Source of the DNA: a virus
Strand: one strand, 5' to 3'
DNA: 64,000 nucleotides
IMG/VR virus record: IMGVR_UViG_3300025876_000019
Coordinates: 6,526 to 70,525 of that record
This document shows, piece by piece, positions 1 through 8,271 of the stretch (positions are counted from its first letter, which is position 1; every line of letters starts with the position of its first letter). Under the pieces are notes generated by a model. That model did not search any database. It had not been told where the DNA came from and worked only from the letters and a program-made list of their open reading frames with translations. The position numbers and the translations under genes were made by a program.

Positions 1-138
1 TAATAAAAGATAAGAAAAGTTTACAGTTAAAACTTAACCGCGCAATTTGGTTCGCTAAAACATTCGGGACTGATTTATGCCCTTGTTTCAGAATAATCAA
101 AAAACGTGCCAATAAGTAACACATAAGAAAGGAAAACA

Positions 139-456
139 ATGAAAGACAAAAAACAATCACTAAGCATCGAAGACAGATATTGGGAAATTGATTTCTTTAC
201 CGATAAACTACGGGCGGCTGGCAAGCTTATGGCTGAGGAGTCAATCACTCAGGACTTCTGTAAAGATATGCAAGAGGAAGCTATTGCGGCTCTTAAAGCT
301 ATATATGAGAGGGCAGCAGCGCATCGCGACTACCTAAAGGAGATTAGGGACAGCGTAGATGCAGAGGAAGATCGGGAATTAACCCGTATTCAAGAGGAAG
401 CAGTCAAGCGGCTCAATAAGGGCATTAAGGAATTAACTAGCAAACTTAACAAATAA
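139..456 (+). CDS. phage A early hypothetical coiled-coil protein
   Basis: 105-aa ORF preceded by AGAAAGGAAAACA leader. Confidence 0.7.
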   Translation: MKDKKQSLSIEDRYWEIDFFTDKLRAAGKLMAEESITQDFCKDMQEEAIAALKAIYERAAAHRDYLKEIRDSVDAEEDRELTRIQEEAVKRLNKGIKELTSKLNK

Positions 457-468
457 GAAAGGATAACA

Positions 469-624
469 ATGGACACATACGAAACACTGATAGAAATGAA
501 TATAGCAACCGAAGAGGAAATTTCTCTTGTTACGTCAATCAATGGCAACAGCGAGGAAACCTATCTAGATATCCTGTTCGTACGGACAGGATGCCGGACA
601 CTTGAGCAATTAAACGCTGATTAA
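469..624 (+). CDS. phage A early hypothetical protein (51 aa, not in ORF track)
   Basis: ATG at 469 after AGAAAGGATAACA leader; MDTYEHLIEMNIATEEEISLVTSINGNSEETYLDILFVRTG. Confidence 0.7.
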   Translation: MDTYETLIEMNIATEEEISLVTSINGNSEETYLDILFVRTGCRTLEQLNAD

Positions 625-625
625 T

Positions 626-901
626 ATGCAAACAATACAACTAGAAGGCCTAGAGCTGCGACCTGATAAATACTTTGATGTAACAGTCGAAGCAGAGGCC
701 GTGACAACTCAGTGCGAGAGCAGCAGCGAGGTCGGGGAGTCCGTAGTTACAGAAGCCTGGGAGGAACGCGATCTTGACGAGTTCGAGATTGTCTCATTGG
801 TCTACTGGCCGAATGACGATACACCAGTCGATCTACCGACCATCGTACTTACTCACGATGACAGGGCAACCATCTACGAGGAGACCTTGCGTTACATCTA
901 G
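626..901 (+). CDS. acidic hypothetical protein
   Basis: 91-aa ORF abutting the previous stop. Confidence 0.65.
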   Translation: MQTIQLEGLELRPDKYFDVTVEAEAVTTQCESSSEVGESVVTEAWEERDLDEFEIVSLVYWPNDDTPVDLPTIVLTHDDRATIYEETLRYI

Positions 902-917
902 CCTACCTTATGGCCGT

Positions 918-990
918 CAGTCATATGACTGTCAGTCATTGACTGCCTTTTTTATATTAATTAATGATTGACTACCAAGGGCTGACTGTC
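918..990. repeat. cluster of CAGTCA/TGACTG palindromes around an AT-rich tract (operator or origin candidate)
   Basis: CAGTCATATGACTG 918-931, CAGTCATTGACTG 933-945, further TGACT half-sites near 969 and 983. Confidence 0.5.
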
Positions 991-1062
991 TTAAGGTACA
1001 CATCACATCAAAAAGTATGTCAAGCCTTGATATACCTAAACACCGATAACAACGTAATAAAA

Positions 1063-1206
1063 ATGAAAAATCATAAAGAAAAAACAAACCTCGATCATCT
1101 CGTCAAAGGCGGCGAGAAGATTTTTTACTCCGCCTGTGTAGTGCTGGCCTGCTGTCTAGGCGGCAGCCTTATGCTACTGGTCGCAACTCTCATTGCTAAA
1201 TTCTAA
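1063..1206 (+). CDS. small single-pass membrane protein
   Basis: MKNHKEK... with C-terminal hydrophobic helix; 1063 preferred over track start 964. Confidence 0.55.
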   Translation: MKNHKEKTNLDHLVKGGEKIFYSACVVLACCLGGSLMLLVATLIAKF

Positions 1207-1216
1207 AGACAATACA

Positions 1217-1483
1217 ATGGATACAGAAAAAACAGAACTAGAAACATTACGCCGCAGTTCCGATGACCTCCTGCACTTTATAGCGGAGGAGCAACTGCGT
1301 TTCATTTGGGTAGGTGCAATGATCCCGGAATCGAACCAGAGTACACTTGGACAGGACACTCTAATCATCATTGACCAAGAGAACATCGAGCTGTACGCTG
1401 GCCGTTACTTTGCGGAATCAGAGCAGCGCATCGACATTCTACGCGAAGGTGTGGAGTTCATTATGGATCAAGAGGAGCTGTAA
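1217..1483 (+). CDS. hypothetical protein
   Basis: MDTEKTELE..., stop overlaps next start. Confidence 0.6.
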   Translation: MDTEKTELETLRRSSDDLLHFIAEEQLRFIWVGAMIPESNQSTLGQDTLIIIDQENIELYAGRYFAESEQRIDILREGVEFIMDQEEL

Positions 1484-1671
1484 TGAGTAACGCAAGTCAA
1501 CTAGCAAACAAGTTCGCTGATCTTTACGAATCAGTAATGCGGAATCGCAAGCTAATGGAGGAGGGCCGCCAGGCGGTGGCTCACTTCCGGCAGCTAGGTC
1601 TAATTAAAGATGCACGGCGTACCAAAACGGGACGCGCATCGTACCCAACATACGGAAAGAAAAGAAAATGA
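1483..1671 (+). CDS. small basic hypothetical protein
   Basis: coupled to neighbours by TAATG and ATGA overlaps. Confidence 0.6.
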   Translation: MSNASQLANKFADLYESVMRNRKLMEEGRQAVAHFRQLGLIKDARRTKTGRASYPTYGKKRK

Positions 1672-2429
1672 GCCACTTCTATAATTGCAACGATGTCCTG
1701 AACCCTGAGTTCGAGGCCGATATAATGACACCCGCACAAGCGCGGAAAGTAGCGAAGGTTTATCCTTCTGTGACGACTGTACTAGGCATCGTAAAGGATG
1801 CGTTCCTCGACAGTATCTATAAGCCCCGTATGATGGCGCAACTAGCGAGGGCGTACCCTGACCTAGTTTGGCAGGAGTTAGAGCGTCTTACCTATGGCAC
1901 AAGGGAGCATCCAGCTACGGGTGAAACTATTGAGTCATCGGAGTTCGGTACGACAGTCCACAAAGTAATCGAGGACTTCATTAATCATAACTACCTCGCC
2001 GAGGGTAGCGCACCTGAGGACAGCGTCTGGAATGAGTGGGCGATGCCGTTTGTGGATTGGGTTCACGAGGAGGGCGTAAAGCCTGTATCCTGTGAGCATA
2101 TCATTGCAAGCAATCGTATTAAGATCGCTGGCAGCGTGGACTTCATTGGCTACGACAGTGACGACAAGCTGTTCCTAGCGGACTACAAGTGCCGAACCAA
2201 TACCAAGGGTAAGGCCAAGTGCTACGACAAGGACTGCCAGCAGCTAGGCATCGAAGCCTATATGCTAATGAAGGAGCGCAAGCTGGACTACCTGCCGGGC
2301 TGTATCTCCGTAATCATTGACTGCGACACCAAGAAGCACCATCACAAGGTCTGGAATGACAAGGAGCTTGACAAGGGTATTAAGGTAGCGAAGAAATGTG
2401 CTGAGCTGTACTGGCTCTTGAGAATGTAG
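1668..2429 (+). CDS. PD-(D/E)XK exonuclease (RecB/Cas4-like phage exonuclease)
   Basis: YPSVTTVLG, GTTVH, E..., AGSVD, ADYK, QL..Y motifs. Confidence 0.85.
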   Translation: MSHFYNCNDVLNPEFEADIMTPAQARKVAKVYPSVTTVLGIVKDAFLDSIYKPRMMAQLARAYPDLVWQELERLTYGTREHPATGETIESSEFGTTVHKVIEDFINHNYLAEGSAPEDSVWNEWAMPFVDWVHEEGVKPVSCEHIIASNRIKIAGSVDFIGYDSDDKLFLADYKCRTNTKGKAKCYDKDCQQLGIEAYMLMKERKLDYLPGCISVIIDCDTKKHHHKVWNDKELDKGIKVAKKCAELYWLLRM

Positions 2430-2471
2430 GACTAATAATAAATCATAAACAATAACTTAACCGAAATATAA

Positions 2472-3368
2472 ATGTGGATACTACCAATAAACAAATCAAT
2501 CACCTCAGCTTGTGCAGTGGATACGAAGGAATCGGACTTGGACTCAGAAGAGTTCTCCCAAATCTGCGAGAGATCGCTTACGTGGAGAGGGAAGGATTCC
2601 CTGTCGCGAACTTGGTTGCAAAGATGGAAGCGGGAGAGCTGGATGCAGCACCTGTGTACACGGACGTTAAAACCTTCCCTTACGGAAAGTTCCGTGGATG
2701 CGTGGACATCCTCTCTGGAGGCTTCCCGTGCCAACCCTTCAGTGCTGCTGGAAAGCGTGAAGGCGTTGAAGATCCGAGACACCTATTCCCATACATCGCA
2801 GCCGGAATCAGAGAGTGCCAACCTAGAATTGTTTTCCTCGAAAACGTCGAAGGAATTATCTCAGCCAAGACAGCCGACGGAGAATCAGTTCTCCAGTATG
2901 TCCTCCGAGAGTTGGAAGGAATGGGTTACCGAGCAACGGCGGGAGTATTCTCAGCGGCTGAAGTCGGCGCACCTCACCAGAGAAAGCGTGTCTTCATCCT
3001 GGCCCACCGCAACAACACGAGACTGGAAGGACAGCAATGCGACAGTACCTCCGAGCAGAGCGAACCCATCAAAGCAAACACTTGGGCAACGGGTGGCACA
3101 CGTTGGCCTTCTCGACCAAGCGAACCTCAGCACGACTGGGAAGAGCCAAGGGTCACAGCAGGGGCCGACACCAAGAGCCAACAAGGTACAGCCCAAGATC
3201 ACCGAGGAGAACAGGTCGCAACTTGCGACCAGAAAGAAGGCAAACTTAGAGGAAGAGATAGCGGGTCACTGCGGCAAGGCAGTGGGGCGACTCAATCCCG
3301 ATTGGGTGGAAAGTCTAATGGGGCTTCCAGTAGGGTGGACAGACTTAGGCTCTTGGGCAACGGAGTAG
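2472..3368 (+). CDS. C5 methyltransferase beta polypeptide in overlapping frame (TRD-like modules plus motif IX)
   Basis: 298-aa frame inside alpha; WPTATTRD and GPTP modules; RLNPDWVESLMGLPVGWT = motif IX missing from alpha. Confidence 0.8.
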   Translation: MWILPINKSITSACAVDTKESDLDSEEFSQICERSLTWRGKDSLSRTWLQRWKRESWMQHLCTRTLKPSLTESSVDAWTSSLEASRANPSVLLESVKALKIRDTYSHTSQPESESANLELFSSKTSKELSQPRQPTENQFSSMSSESWKEWVTEQRREYSQRLKSAHLTRESVSSSWPTATTRDWKDSNATVPPSRANPSKQTLGQRVAHVGLLDQANLSTTGKSQGSQQGPTPRANKVQPKITEENRSQLATRKKANLEEEIAGHCGKAVGRLNPDWVESLMGLPVGWTDLGSWATE

Positions 3369-3424
3369 TTCCTGCTACTGCGGCCAAGGCATTCGTGACC
3401 TTGATACAACGTCTTAATGACTGA
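2474..3424 (+). CDS. C5-cytosine DNA methyltransferase, alpha polypeptide (motifs I-VIII and X)
   Basis: LCSGYEG (I), GGFPCQPFS (IV), ENV (VI), HQRKRVF (VIII), LGNGVVP (X); GTG start. Confidence 0.9.
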   Translation: MDTTNKQINHLSLCSGYEGIGLGLRRVLPNLREIAYVEREGFPVANLVAKMEAGELDAAPVYTDVKTFPYGKFRGCVDILSGGFPCQPFSAAGKREGVEDPRHLFPYIAAGIRECQPRIVFLENVEGIISAKTADGESVLQYVLRELEGMGYRATAGVFSAAEVGAPHQRKRVFILAHRNNTRLEGQQCDSTSEQSEPIKANTWATGGTRWPSRPSEPQHDWEEPRVTAGADTKSQQGTAQDHRGEQVATCDQKEGKLRGRDSGSLRQGSGATQSRLGGKSNGASSRVDRLRLLGNGVVPATAAKAFVTLIQRLND

Positions 3425-3611
3425 ATACGAAATCAGAACACATCACGACGATATGCCAGAGGGCTACGTCGGCAGGACTTACAAGTGGGCGCACGATGAA
3501 CAAGGAGCAGTGCGCCTGCTTCTCAAGAAGATGCCGGACAAGACAGGAGTATGTGTATTCAAGCGAGGAGGCACAGGAAAAATACTATCAACAAAAGAAT
3601 TAACTAAATAA
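3417..3611 (+). CDS. hypothetical protein
   Basis: 64-aa ORF overlapping the methyltransferase stop. Confidence 0.6.
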   Translation: MTEYEIRTHHDDMPEGYVGRTYKWAHDEQGAVRLLLKKMPDKTGVCVFKRGGTGKILSTKELTK

Positions 3612-3616
3612 GAAGA

Positions 3617-3940
3617 ATGTACGAAACAACAGCAGAATCAAACAGCAGCTTTATGGAATGGGCAGCAGCCCGGATTGCCAAGGAGGTTGAGGACAATGAG
3701 AGGATTGAGGCGGCAGCAGGGACACGACACTTCATCCCTGGAAGTAACTGCAACCGAATCACTCATCGACTCAGCACTGAAGAGAAGGCCGAGGTTGTGA
3801 AAAAGATTGACTCAATGCGGGATAGTGGTATATCACTTGAGACAGCAGCGGACCAGTCCGGCATCCACAAGTCAACCTACGCACTATGGCGACGACAGTT
3901 CAAGCTACCTAATTATAAACTACCAACAACAGCCCAGTAG
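3617..3940 (+). CDS. helix-turn-helix protein
   Basis: SLETAADQSGIHKSTYALWRRQ HTH pattern. Confidence 0.7.
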   Translation: MYETTAESNSSFMEWAAARIAKEVEDNERIEAAAGTRHFIPGSNCNRITHRLSTEEKAEVVKKIDSMRDSGISLETAADQSGIHKSTYALWRRQFKLPNYKLPTTAQ

Positions 3941-3952
3941 GGCGTACACATT

Positions 3953-4114
3953 ATGACTGATAACCTAAACGAACCATCACTTTCTGACATCATTATGGAT
4001 GTAAGGGAGAACTTCATATATCTACGCAATGAGAACCTCCAGCTACAGGAGGAGAACAATCAACTCAAGCAGGCAATCGCGGCCCTCAAGGATGAGGCTA
4101 CTAATTCATTATGA
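3953..4114 (+). CDS. small coiled-coil protein (53 aa, not in ORF track)
   Basis: MTDNLNEPSLSDII...LRNENLQLQEENNQLKQAIAALK heptads. Confidence 0.6.
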   Translation: MTDNLNEPSLSDIIMDVRENFIYLRNENLQLQEENNQLKQAIAALKDEATNSL

Positions 4115-4115
4115 T

Positions 4116-4165
4116 GCGCTTAACCTAGCGGTTAAGTTATTACGCGCTTAACCTCGCGGTTAAGC
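4116..4165. repeat. two tandem palindromes, period 28
   Basis: GCGCTTAACC-TAGC-GGTTAAG and GCGCTTAACC-TCGC-GGTTAAGC between convergent genes. Confidence 0.85.
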
Positions 4166-4428
4166 TATGAGTAATTCTTCACAACCGCGACCACTACTAG
4201 ATTGCCCATACCAGCCTTGAACTTCTGCACCTTGCCATCGGTAAGCAGCAGCATACCATTCTCAGCTTTTGTTTCCTTATAAAAAATATGATCTCCGGCA
4301 TTTGCATAGATTGTTTTAGCCTTAGCAATTGAATGCGTTAACCCGCTATCGCAAAGTATCTTGATCGCTGGGTCAGCCGAAGTAATTAATGGGAGCAGGA
4401 AAAGTAAAAGGGCAAGTAGTATTCTCAT
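4165..4428 (-). CDS. small secreted protein (moron-like), homolog of 45378-45626
   Basis: signal peptide MRILLALLLFLLPLITSA; opposite strand to operon; TACTAT 6 nt upstream of ATG. Confidence 0.8.
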   Translation of the reverse strand: MRILLALLLFLLPLITSADPAIKILCDSGLTHSIAKAKTIYANAGDHIFYKETKAENGMLLLTDGKVQKFKAGMGNLVVVAVVKNYS

Positions 4429-4514
4429 TCACCCATAGTACCTCAACTCAAGGAAAAATTATATCGGGTGAATAGCGTATATTTTCATCTTTGATTACCT
4501 ACTAGTACCTAATT

Positions 4515-4961
4515 ATGACATACCTATCACAGAATCAAATCAAGGAGTTCCGGGAGGCCAACAAGCCAATCTCGTGTCCTATCCTGAACATCAAGACGCA
4601 GGACTGGGTGCTGGATCACGACCACCAGACCGGAATGGTACGAGGTGTAATCTCTCGCCAAGCCAACAGTCTTCTCGGAAAGGTTGAGAACTTTTTCCTC
4701 AAGATGTGCAAGGGTGAGAAGGAAGATTTGCCAAATACTTTGGATGCAATGGCTGCTTACTTGGATCAGGAGATGACCGATGTCCTTCATCCTGTAGGAC
4801 TTACACAACTTACAAGAAAGTTCGGAAATTCCTTGACAGCATCTGAACAAGTCACAGAGTTAAAAGACCTAGGAGCAAGTGAAGGTGATCTTGCTTCCTG
4901 TAAAAATCAAAAGCAGCGTAAAGAGCTGTTCCGTAAACTAACCAAAAGTAAATATGAGTAA
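4515..4961 (+). CDS. recombination endonuclease VII-like
   Basis: CPIL...LDHDHQTGMVRGVI...N.LLG motif. Confidence 0.85.
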   Translation: MTYLSQNQIKEFREANKPISCPILNIKTQDWVLDHDHQTGMVRGVISRQANSLLGKVENFFLKMCKGEKEDLPNTLDAMAAYLDQEMTDVLHPVGLTQLTRKFGNSLTASEQVTELKDLGASEGDLASCKNQKQRKELFRKLTKSKYE

Positions 4962-5427
4962 TACAAAAACCAAAGAAAGCACAATGAACATACAACAGAA
5001 ACTCCAGGGGATTCAGTCCTCTTTGAAAGCACCGAAGGGACAGACTAATAAGTTCGGTGGTTACCGCTACCGCTCCGCAGAGGACATCCTTACATCCGTC
5101 AAGCCATTGCTTGCTGAGTGGGCCTGCACCTTAGTCATCACCGATGAAATGGTAGAGGTCGGTGGCCGGGTCTACGTCAAGTCAACCGCAGTTATTGCAT
5201 CAACAGAGGAGAGCAGTAAATCGATTCACGTTAATGCCTACGCTCGTGAGGCTGAGACAAAGAAAGGTATGGACGATGCCCAGATTACTGGCAGTGCTTC
5301 ATCCTACGCCAGAAAATATGCACTAAATGGACTCTTTGCTATTGACGATACCAAAGATCCGGACGCTACTAATGACCACGGCAGCAAATTGCCTAAACCT
5401 ACAACCAAACAAACACAAGGATTCTAA
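4954..5427 (+). CDS. ERF-family single-strand annealing protein
   Basis: LKAPK..N.FG.Y.YRS.EDIL, QITGSASSYARKYALNGLF. Confidence 0.9.
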   Translation: MSNTKTKESTMNIQQKLQGIQSSLKAPKGQTNKFGGYRYRSAEDILTSVKPLLAEWACTLVITDEMVEVGGRVYVKSTAVIASTEESSKSIHVNAYAREAETKKGMDDAQITGSASSYARKYALNGLFAIDDTKDPDATNDHGSKLPKPTTKQTQGF

Positions 5428-5428
5428 T

Positions 5429-5680
5429 ATGGACTTACGAAACGAAATCATAGATGTCATCTCAAGCATTCAAATGCTGGACAACCATTACGAAACTATC
5501 ATCGGAGAGATGAAAGAAAATCTTGAAGCAGTACACCTGCACAATAAACTCTTGGATAAGCAGAATCAATTGCTTAATCAGAAGGTCGACGCACTTGCTA
5601 AACACTTGAGCGTCAAGCTAGAACAACCTGACACAACCATCCGTGCCGTAAAGCTGGATGAAGATGTCGCTCACAACTAA
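5429..5680 (+). CDS. coiled-coil hypothetical protein
   Basis: MDLRNEII... start just after ERF stop. Confidence 0.6.
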   Translation: MDLRNEIIDVISSIQMLDNHYETIIGEMKENLEAVHLHNKLLDKQNQLLNQKVDALAKHLSVKLEQPDTTIRAVKLDEDVAHN

Positions 5681-5703
5681 TAACCAATAACGAAAGTAAT
5701 ATT

Positions 5704-5961
5704 ATGTCACAATACGATAACACAAACTCCGGTACATTCTTCGTCAATGACCGCAAAGAAAAACCAAATCATCCTGACTACAGCGGGAAGATTAATGTCG
5801 AGGGTAAGGACTACTACCTCAAGGGCTGGAAGAAGACGGCCAAGAGCGGTACTAACTTCCTCTCCTTGGCACTGAACCCAGTAGAGGGCGGAGCAGCAGC
5901 CGGTGGTTCATCTGAGCCAAAAGCTGCAAGTGCGCCAACCAATGACAACACCCCATTCTAA
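5704..5961 (+). CDS. putative ssDNA-binding protein (DUF736-like)
   Basis: KPNHPDYSGKI..EG..Y...GWKK; acidic tail ending PF. Confidence 0.7.
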   Translation: MSQYDNTNSGTFFVNDRKEKPNHPDYSGKINVEGKDYYLKGWKKTAKSGTNFLSLALNPVEGGAAAGGSSEPKAASAPTNDNTPF

Positions 5962-5963
5962 GA

Positions 5964-6299
5964 ATGTCCTCATTCGATAAGATCTGGTGGGAAACATTCC
6001 GGCGTGACGAGGTCAGTTCCATTTTGGAACTAACCGCTCACAAATGCTCGGATTACACAGGAGGCGAAAGCTGCGATAACCCCTTCGCAAACTTTGACGG
6101 CTCCTCCGAGTTCGGTGTTCATCCCTTAACAGGTGTATGCATTCGGATGCAGGACAAATTCCAGAGAGCGAAGGCTTTCTGTAACGACGGTCAGCTAAAA
6201 GTAGTTACTAATGGCGACCAATCCAAGGACATATTCCGCGACCTAATTGGCTACTCGTTGATAGCCATAGGGATGCTCGAAAGAGCAGAGTCGGAGTAA
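5964..6299 (+). CDS. nucleotide-modification-associated domain 1 (DUF1599/Nmad1-like) protein
   Basis: K..DY...NPF.NF, RMQDK..R, D.FRDLIGY pattern. Confidence 0.75.
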   Translation: MSSFDKIWWETFRRDEVSSILELTAHKCSDYTGGESCDNPFANFDGSSEFGVHPLTGVCIRMQDKFQRAKAFCNDGQLKVVTNGDQSKDIFRDLIGYSLIAIGMLERAESE

Positions 6300-6306
6300 G
6301 TCCCTG

Positions 6307-6348
6307 TGCTAAGATGCTTGCCCCTTACAATTCGGTAGGGGGCAAGTA
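6307..6348 (+). promoter_or_regulatory. extended -10 promoter followed by 5' hairpin
   Basis: TGcTAAGAT then GCTTGCCCCT...GGGGGCAAGT stem. Confidence 0.45.
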
Positions 6349-6354
6349 ATTCTT

Positions 6355-6567
6355 ATGACTCAATATAATAAAATAGACCGCAACGAAATGACTAAAATAA
6401 AAGAAGCCGCCGAAGTATCTCTCTCCATCTATAACACAATTGATTGTTATCATATGCCAGAGTTAAATCGTGTAGCCCATAAGTCCCTTGGACAAGTCCT
6501 TCGTTCTCTGGTAGAATTACTTGATAATGAACGAAATAAACCTACTGACGACGAACCAGCCACATAG
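6355..6567 (+). CDS. hypothetical protein
   Basis: 70-aa ORF upstream of helicase; start uncertain. Confidence 0.5.
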   Translation: MTQYNKIDRNEMTKIKEAAEVSLSIYNTIDCYHMPELNRVAHKSLGQVLRSLVELLDNERNKPTDDEPAT

Positions 6568-7861
6568 TGTTGAGGCTGAAAGAAAATTAATAGCATCCTG
6601 CCTATTCCCAGGTGACGCATCCGTATATGATATGGTGCGTCCTTTACTGGAGGCCGAGGATTTTTACGTACTACGATTTAGATTACTGTTCCAAGCTATA
6701 GGTGACCTTGCTCAACTGAGTAAGCCCATTGACGAGGTGTCCATTGCAGAGCATCTGAAGTCCCTTAGAGGGCTTGACGATGTCGGTGGCATAGCAGGTA
6801 TCCTATCGGTAGCTGACGGCGTTTACAGCGAGCTTACGGCTAAGTTCTATGCTAACATCGTAGCAGAGAAGGCTAGGCTTCGTGAGATTATGCGGTCCTG
6901 CCGGATTGCTGTCGAGAATGTGGAGTCCGAGGCTCTTAGCTATGACGAGATTCGCAGCACCCTTGAGTCCGAGATTACTGCACGTCCTTTATTCAGCCAA
7001 GATAAAACCGGGATCGGTTCGTCTGCTGACGAGCTACTGGAGGACATCGCTAGGATGCAGTCAGGTGACTACGTACCCGACGTTGTTAAGACGCATACCA
7101 ATAACTTGGATAGTGAGCTTGGCAATCGGGGCATAGCCGCTGGTGAAGTAATGACTGTAGCTGCACCTACCTCCTGTGGTAAGTCAGCACTGGCCCTGTA
7201 TATTGTATCCCAGGCTGTAGCAAAGGATGGTCACGCCTGTGGAGTCTTCTCCTTGGAGATGCCACAGAAGCAGCTTACCAAGAGACTGACGCAGGTTATC
7301 TCAGGTGTTAACCTTCGCAGCGTGGAGGACAACATAGCCCAGCCAGAGCAGGTCAAGCGGGTTCACGAGACTATCTCTGACCTCAAGACAATGCCCGTGT
7401 ACACCTCGCACTCAGTCAAGAGTGCCGATGATCTATACAGCCAGACCCGACAGTTCGTTAACAAGCACGGCGTAAAGCTACTGGTCATTGATTACTTACA
7501 GCTTATACCATTCTCTTCCAAGATGGGTAAGGCCGAGGGCATCGCCAGTATCTCTCACAAAATTAAGCAGATGGCTATTGATCTCAATATCGCCATTATC
7601 CTACTAGCACAGGTCAACCGAGAGGGAGCCAAGAATGGCCGACTTAAATTGTATGACCTAAAGGATTCCGGGGACATCGAGAATGATGCCGACGTTGTTC
7701 TGCTTATGTATCCCTCAAACGGAGATGTTGAATCCTCTAAGGATAAAGATGCCCGTGGAGGTTTCACCCGTCTAACCTACGAGATAGCTAAGAACCGTGA
7801 AGGTGAGCGCGACATCGGAGGTACGTTTAAATTCTATCACTGCACAGGGAGGTTCGGATAA
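6521..7861 (+). CDS. dnaB: DnaB-like replicative helicase (phage A)
   Basis: PHSVEAE N-terminus, AAPTSCGKS Walker A, FSLEM, IDYLQL, AQVNRE, DLKDSGDIENDAD, IAKNREG. Confidence 0.95.
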   Translation: MIMNEINLLTTNQPHSVEAERKLIASCLFPGDASVYDMVRPLLEAEDFYVLRFRLLFQAIGDLAQLSKPIDEVSIAEHLKSLRGLDDVGGIAGILSVADGVYSELTAKFYANIVAEKARLREIMRSCRIAVENVESEALSYDEIRSTLESEITARPLFSQDKTGIGSSADELLEDIARMQSGDYVPDVVKTHTNNLDSELGNRGIAAGEVMTVAAPTSCGKSALALYIVSQAVAKDGHACGVFSLEMPQKQLTKRLTQVISGVNLRSVEDNIAQPEQVKRVHETISDLKTMPVYTSHSVKSADDLYSQTRQFVNKHGVKLLVIDYLQLIPFSSKMGKAEGIASISHKIKQMAIDLNIAIILLAQVNREGAKNGRLKLYDLKDSGDIENDADVVLLMYPSNGDVESSKDKDARGGFTRLTYEIAKNREGERDIGGTFKFYHCTGRFG

Positions 7862-8271
7862 TGACAGAAGAACAAGTAGCACAAAATATAATGTTGGCTT
7901 TTCCCAAGATGAATAAGCTGATTAAAGCCGAGGACCAGTTCAGTCCTTTTGATTACGAGAGCATTGATTACTTAGTTGAAATCAAGGTACGCCGAAAGGC
8001 ATATGATCCCTGGATTATTGAGCAGCTAAAGCTTGATACCAATATCGGTATCGCTGAATCAGTAAAGAAGGATTTCATCTATGTCAATGGATACCAACAT
8101 CTTCTGTATGTCTGGAATATCTCTAAGCTAATTCGGGATGACTATGACTTCGGGTTCGAGGATCGTGAGATGCCTTGGACTACGGACTTTGAAGCAGTAC
8201 AAATAATAACCAAGCGTACCGGTTACCTATACAATCGCAGCGCACAAACCATCAATACACAAGAACTATGA
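7861..8271 (+). CDS. small PD-(D/E)XK nuclease-fold protein
   Basis: FSPFD...LVEIKVR motif. Confidence 0.6.
   Translation: MTEEQVAQNIMLAFPKMNKLIKAEDQFSPFDYESIDYLVEIKVRRKAYDPWIIEQLKLDTNIGIAESVKKDFIYVNGYQHLLYVWNISKLIRDDYDFGFEDREMPWTTDFEAVQIITKRTGYLYNRSAQTINTQEL

Noticed and set aside
1668-2429. Cas4 of a CRISPR system
   Set aside because: No four-cysteine cluster pattern, other cas genes or array; typical phage exonuclease near an ERF gene
2472-3424. Frameshifted methyltransferase pseudogene or sequencing error
   Set aside because: Both frames are open throughout, motif X returns in alpha, and the same layout recurs independently at 45994-47042
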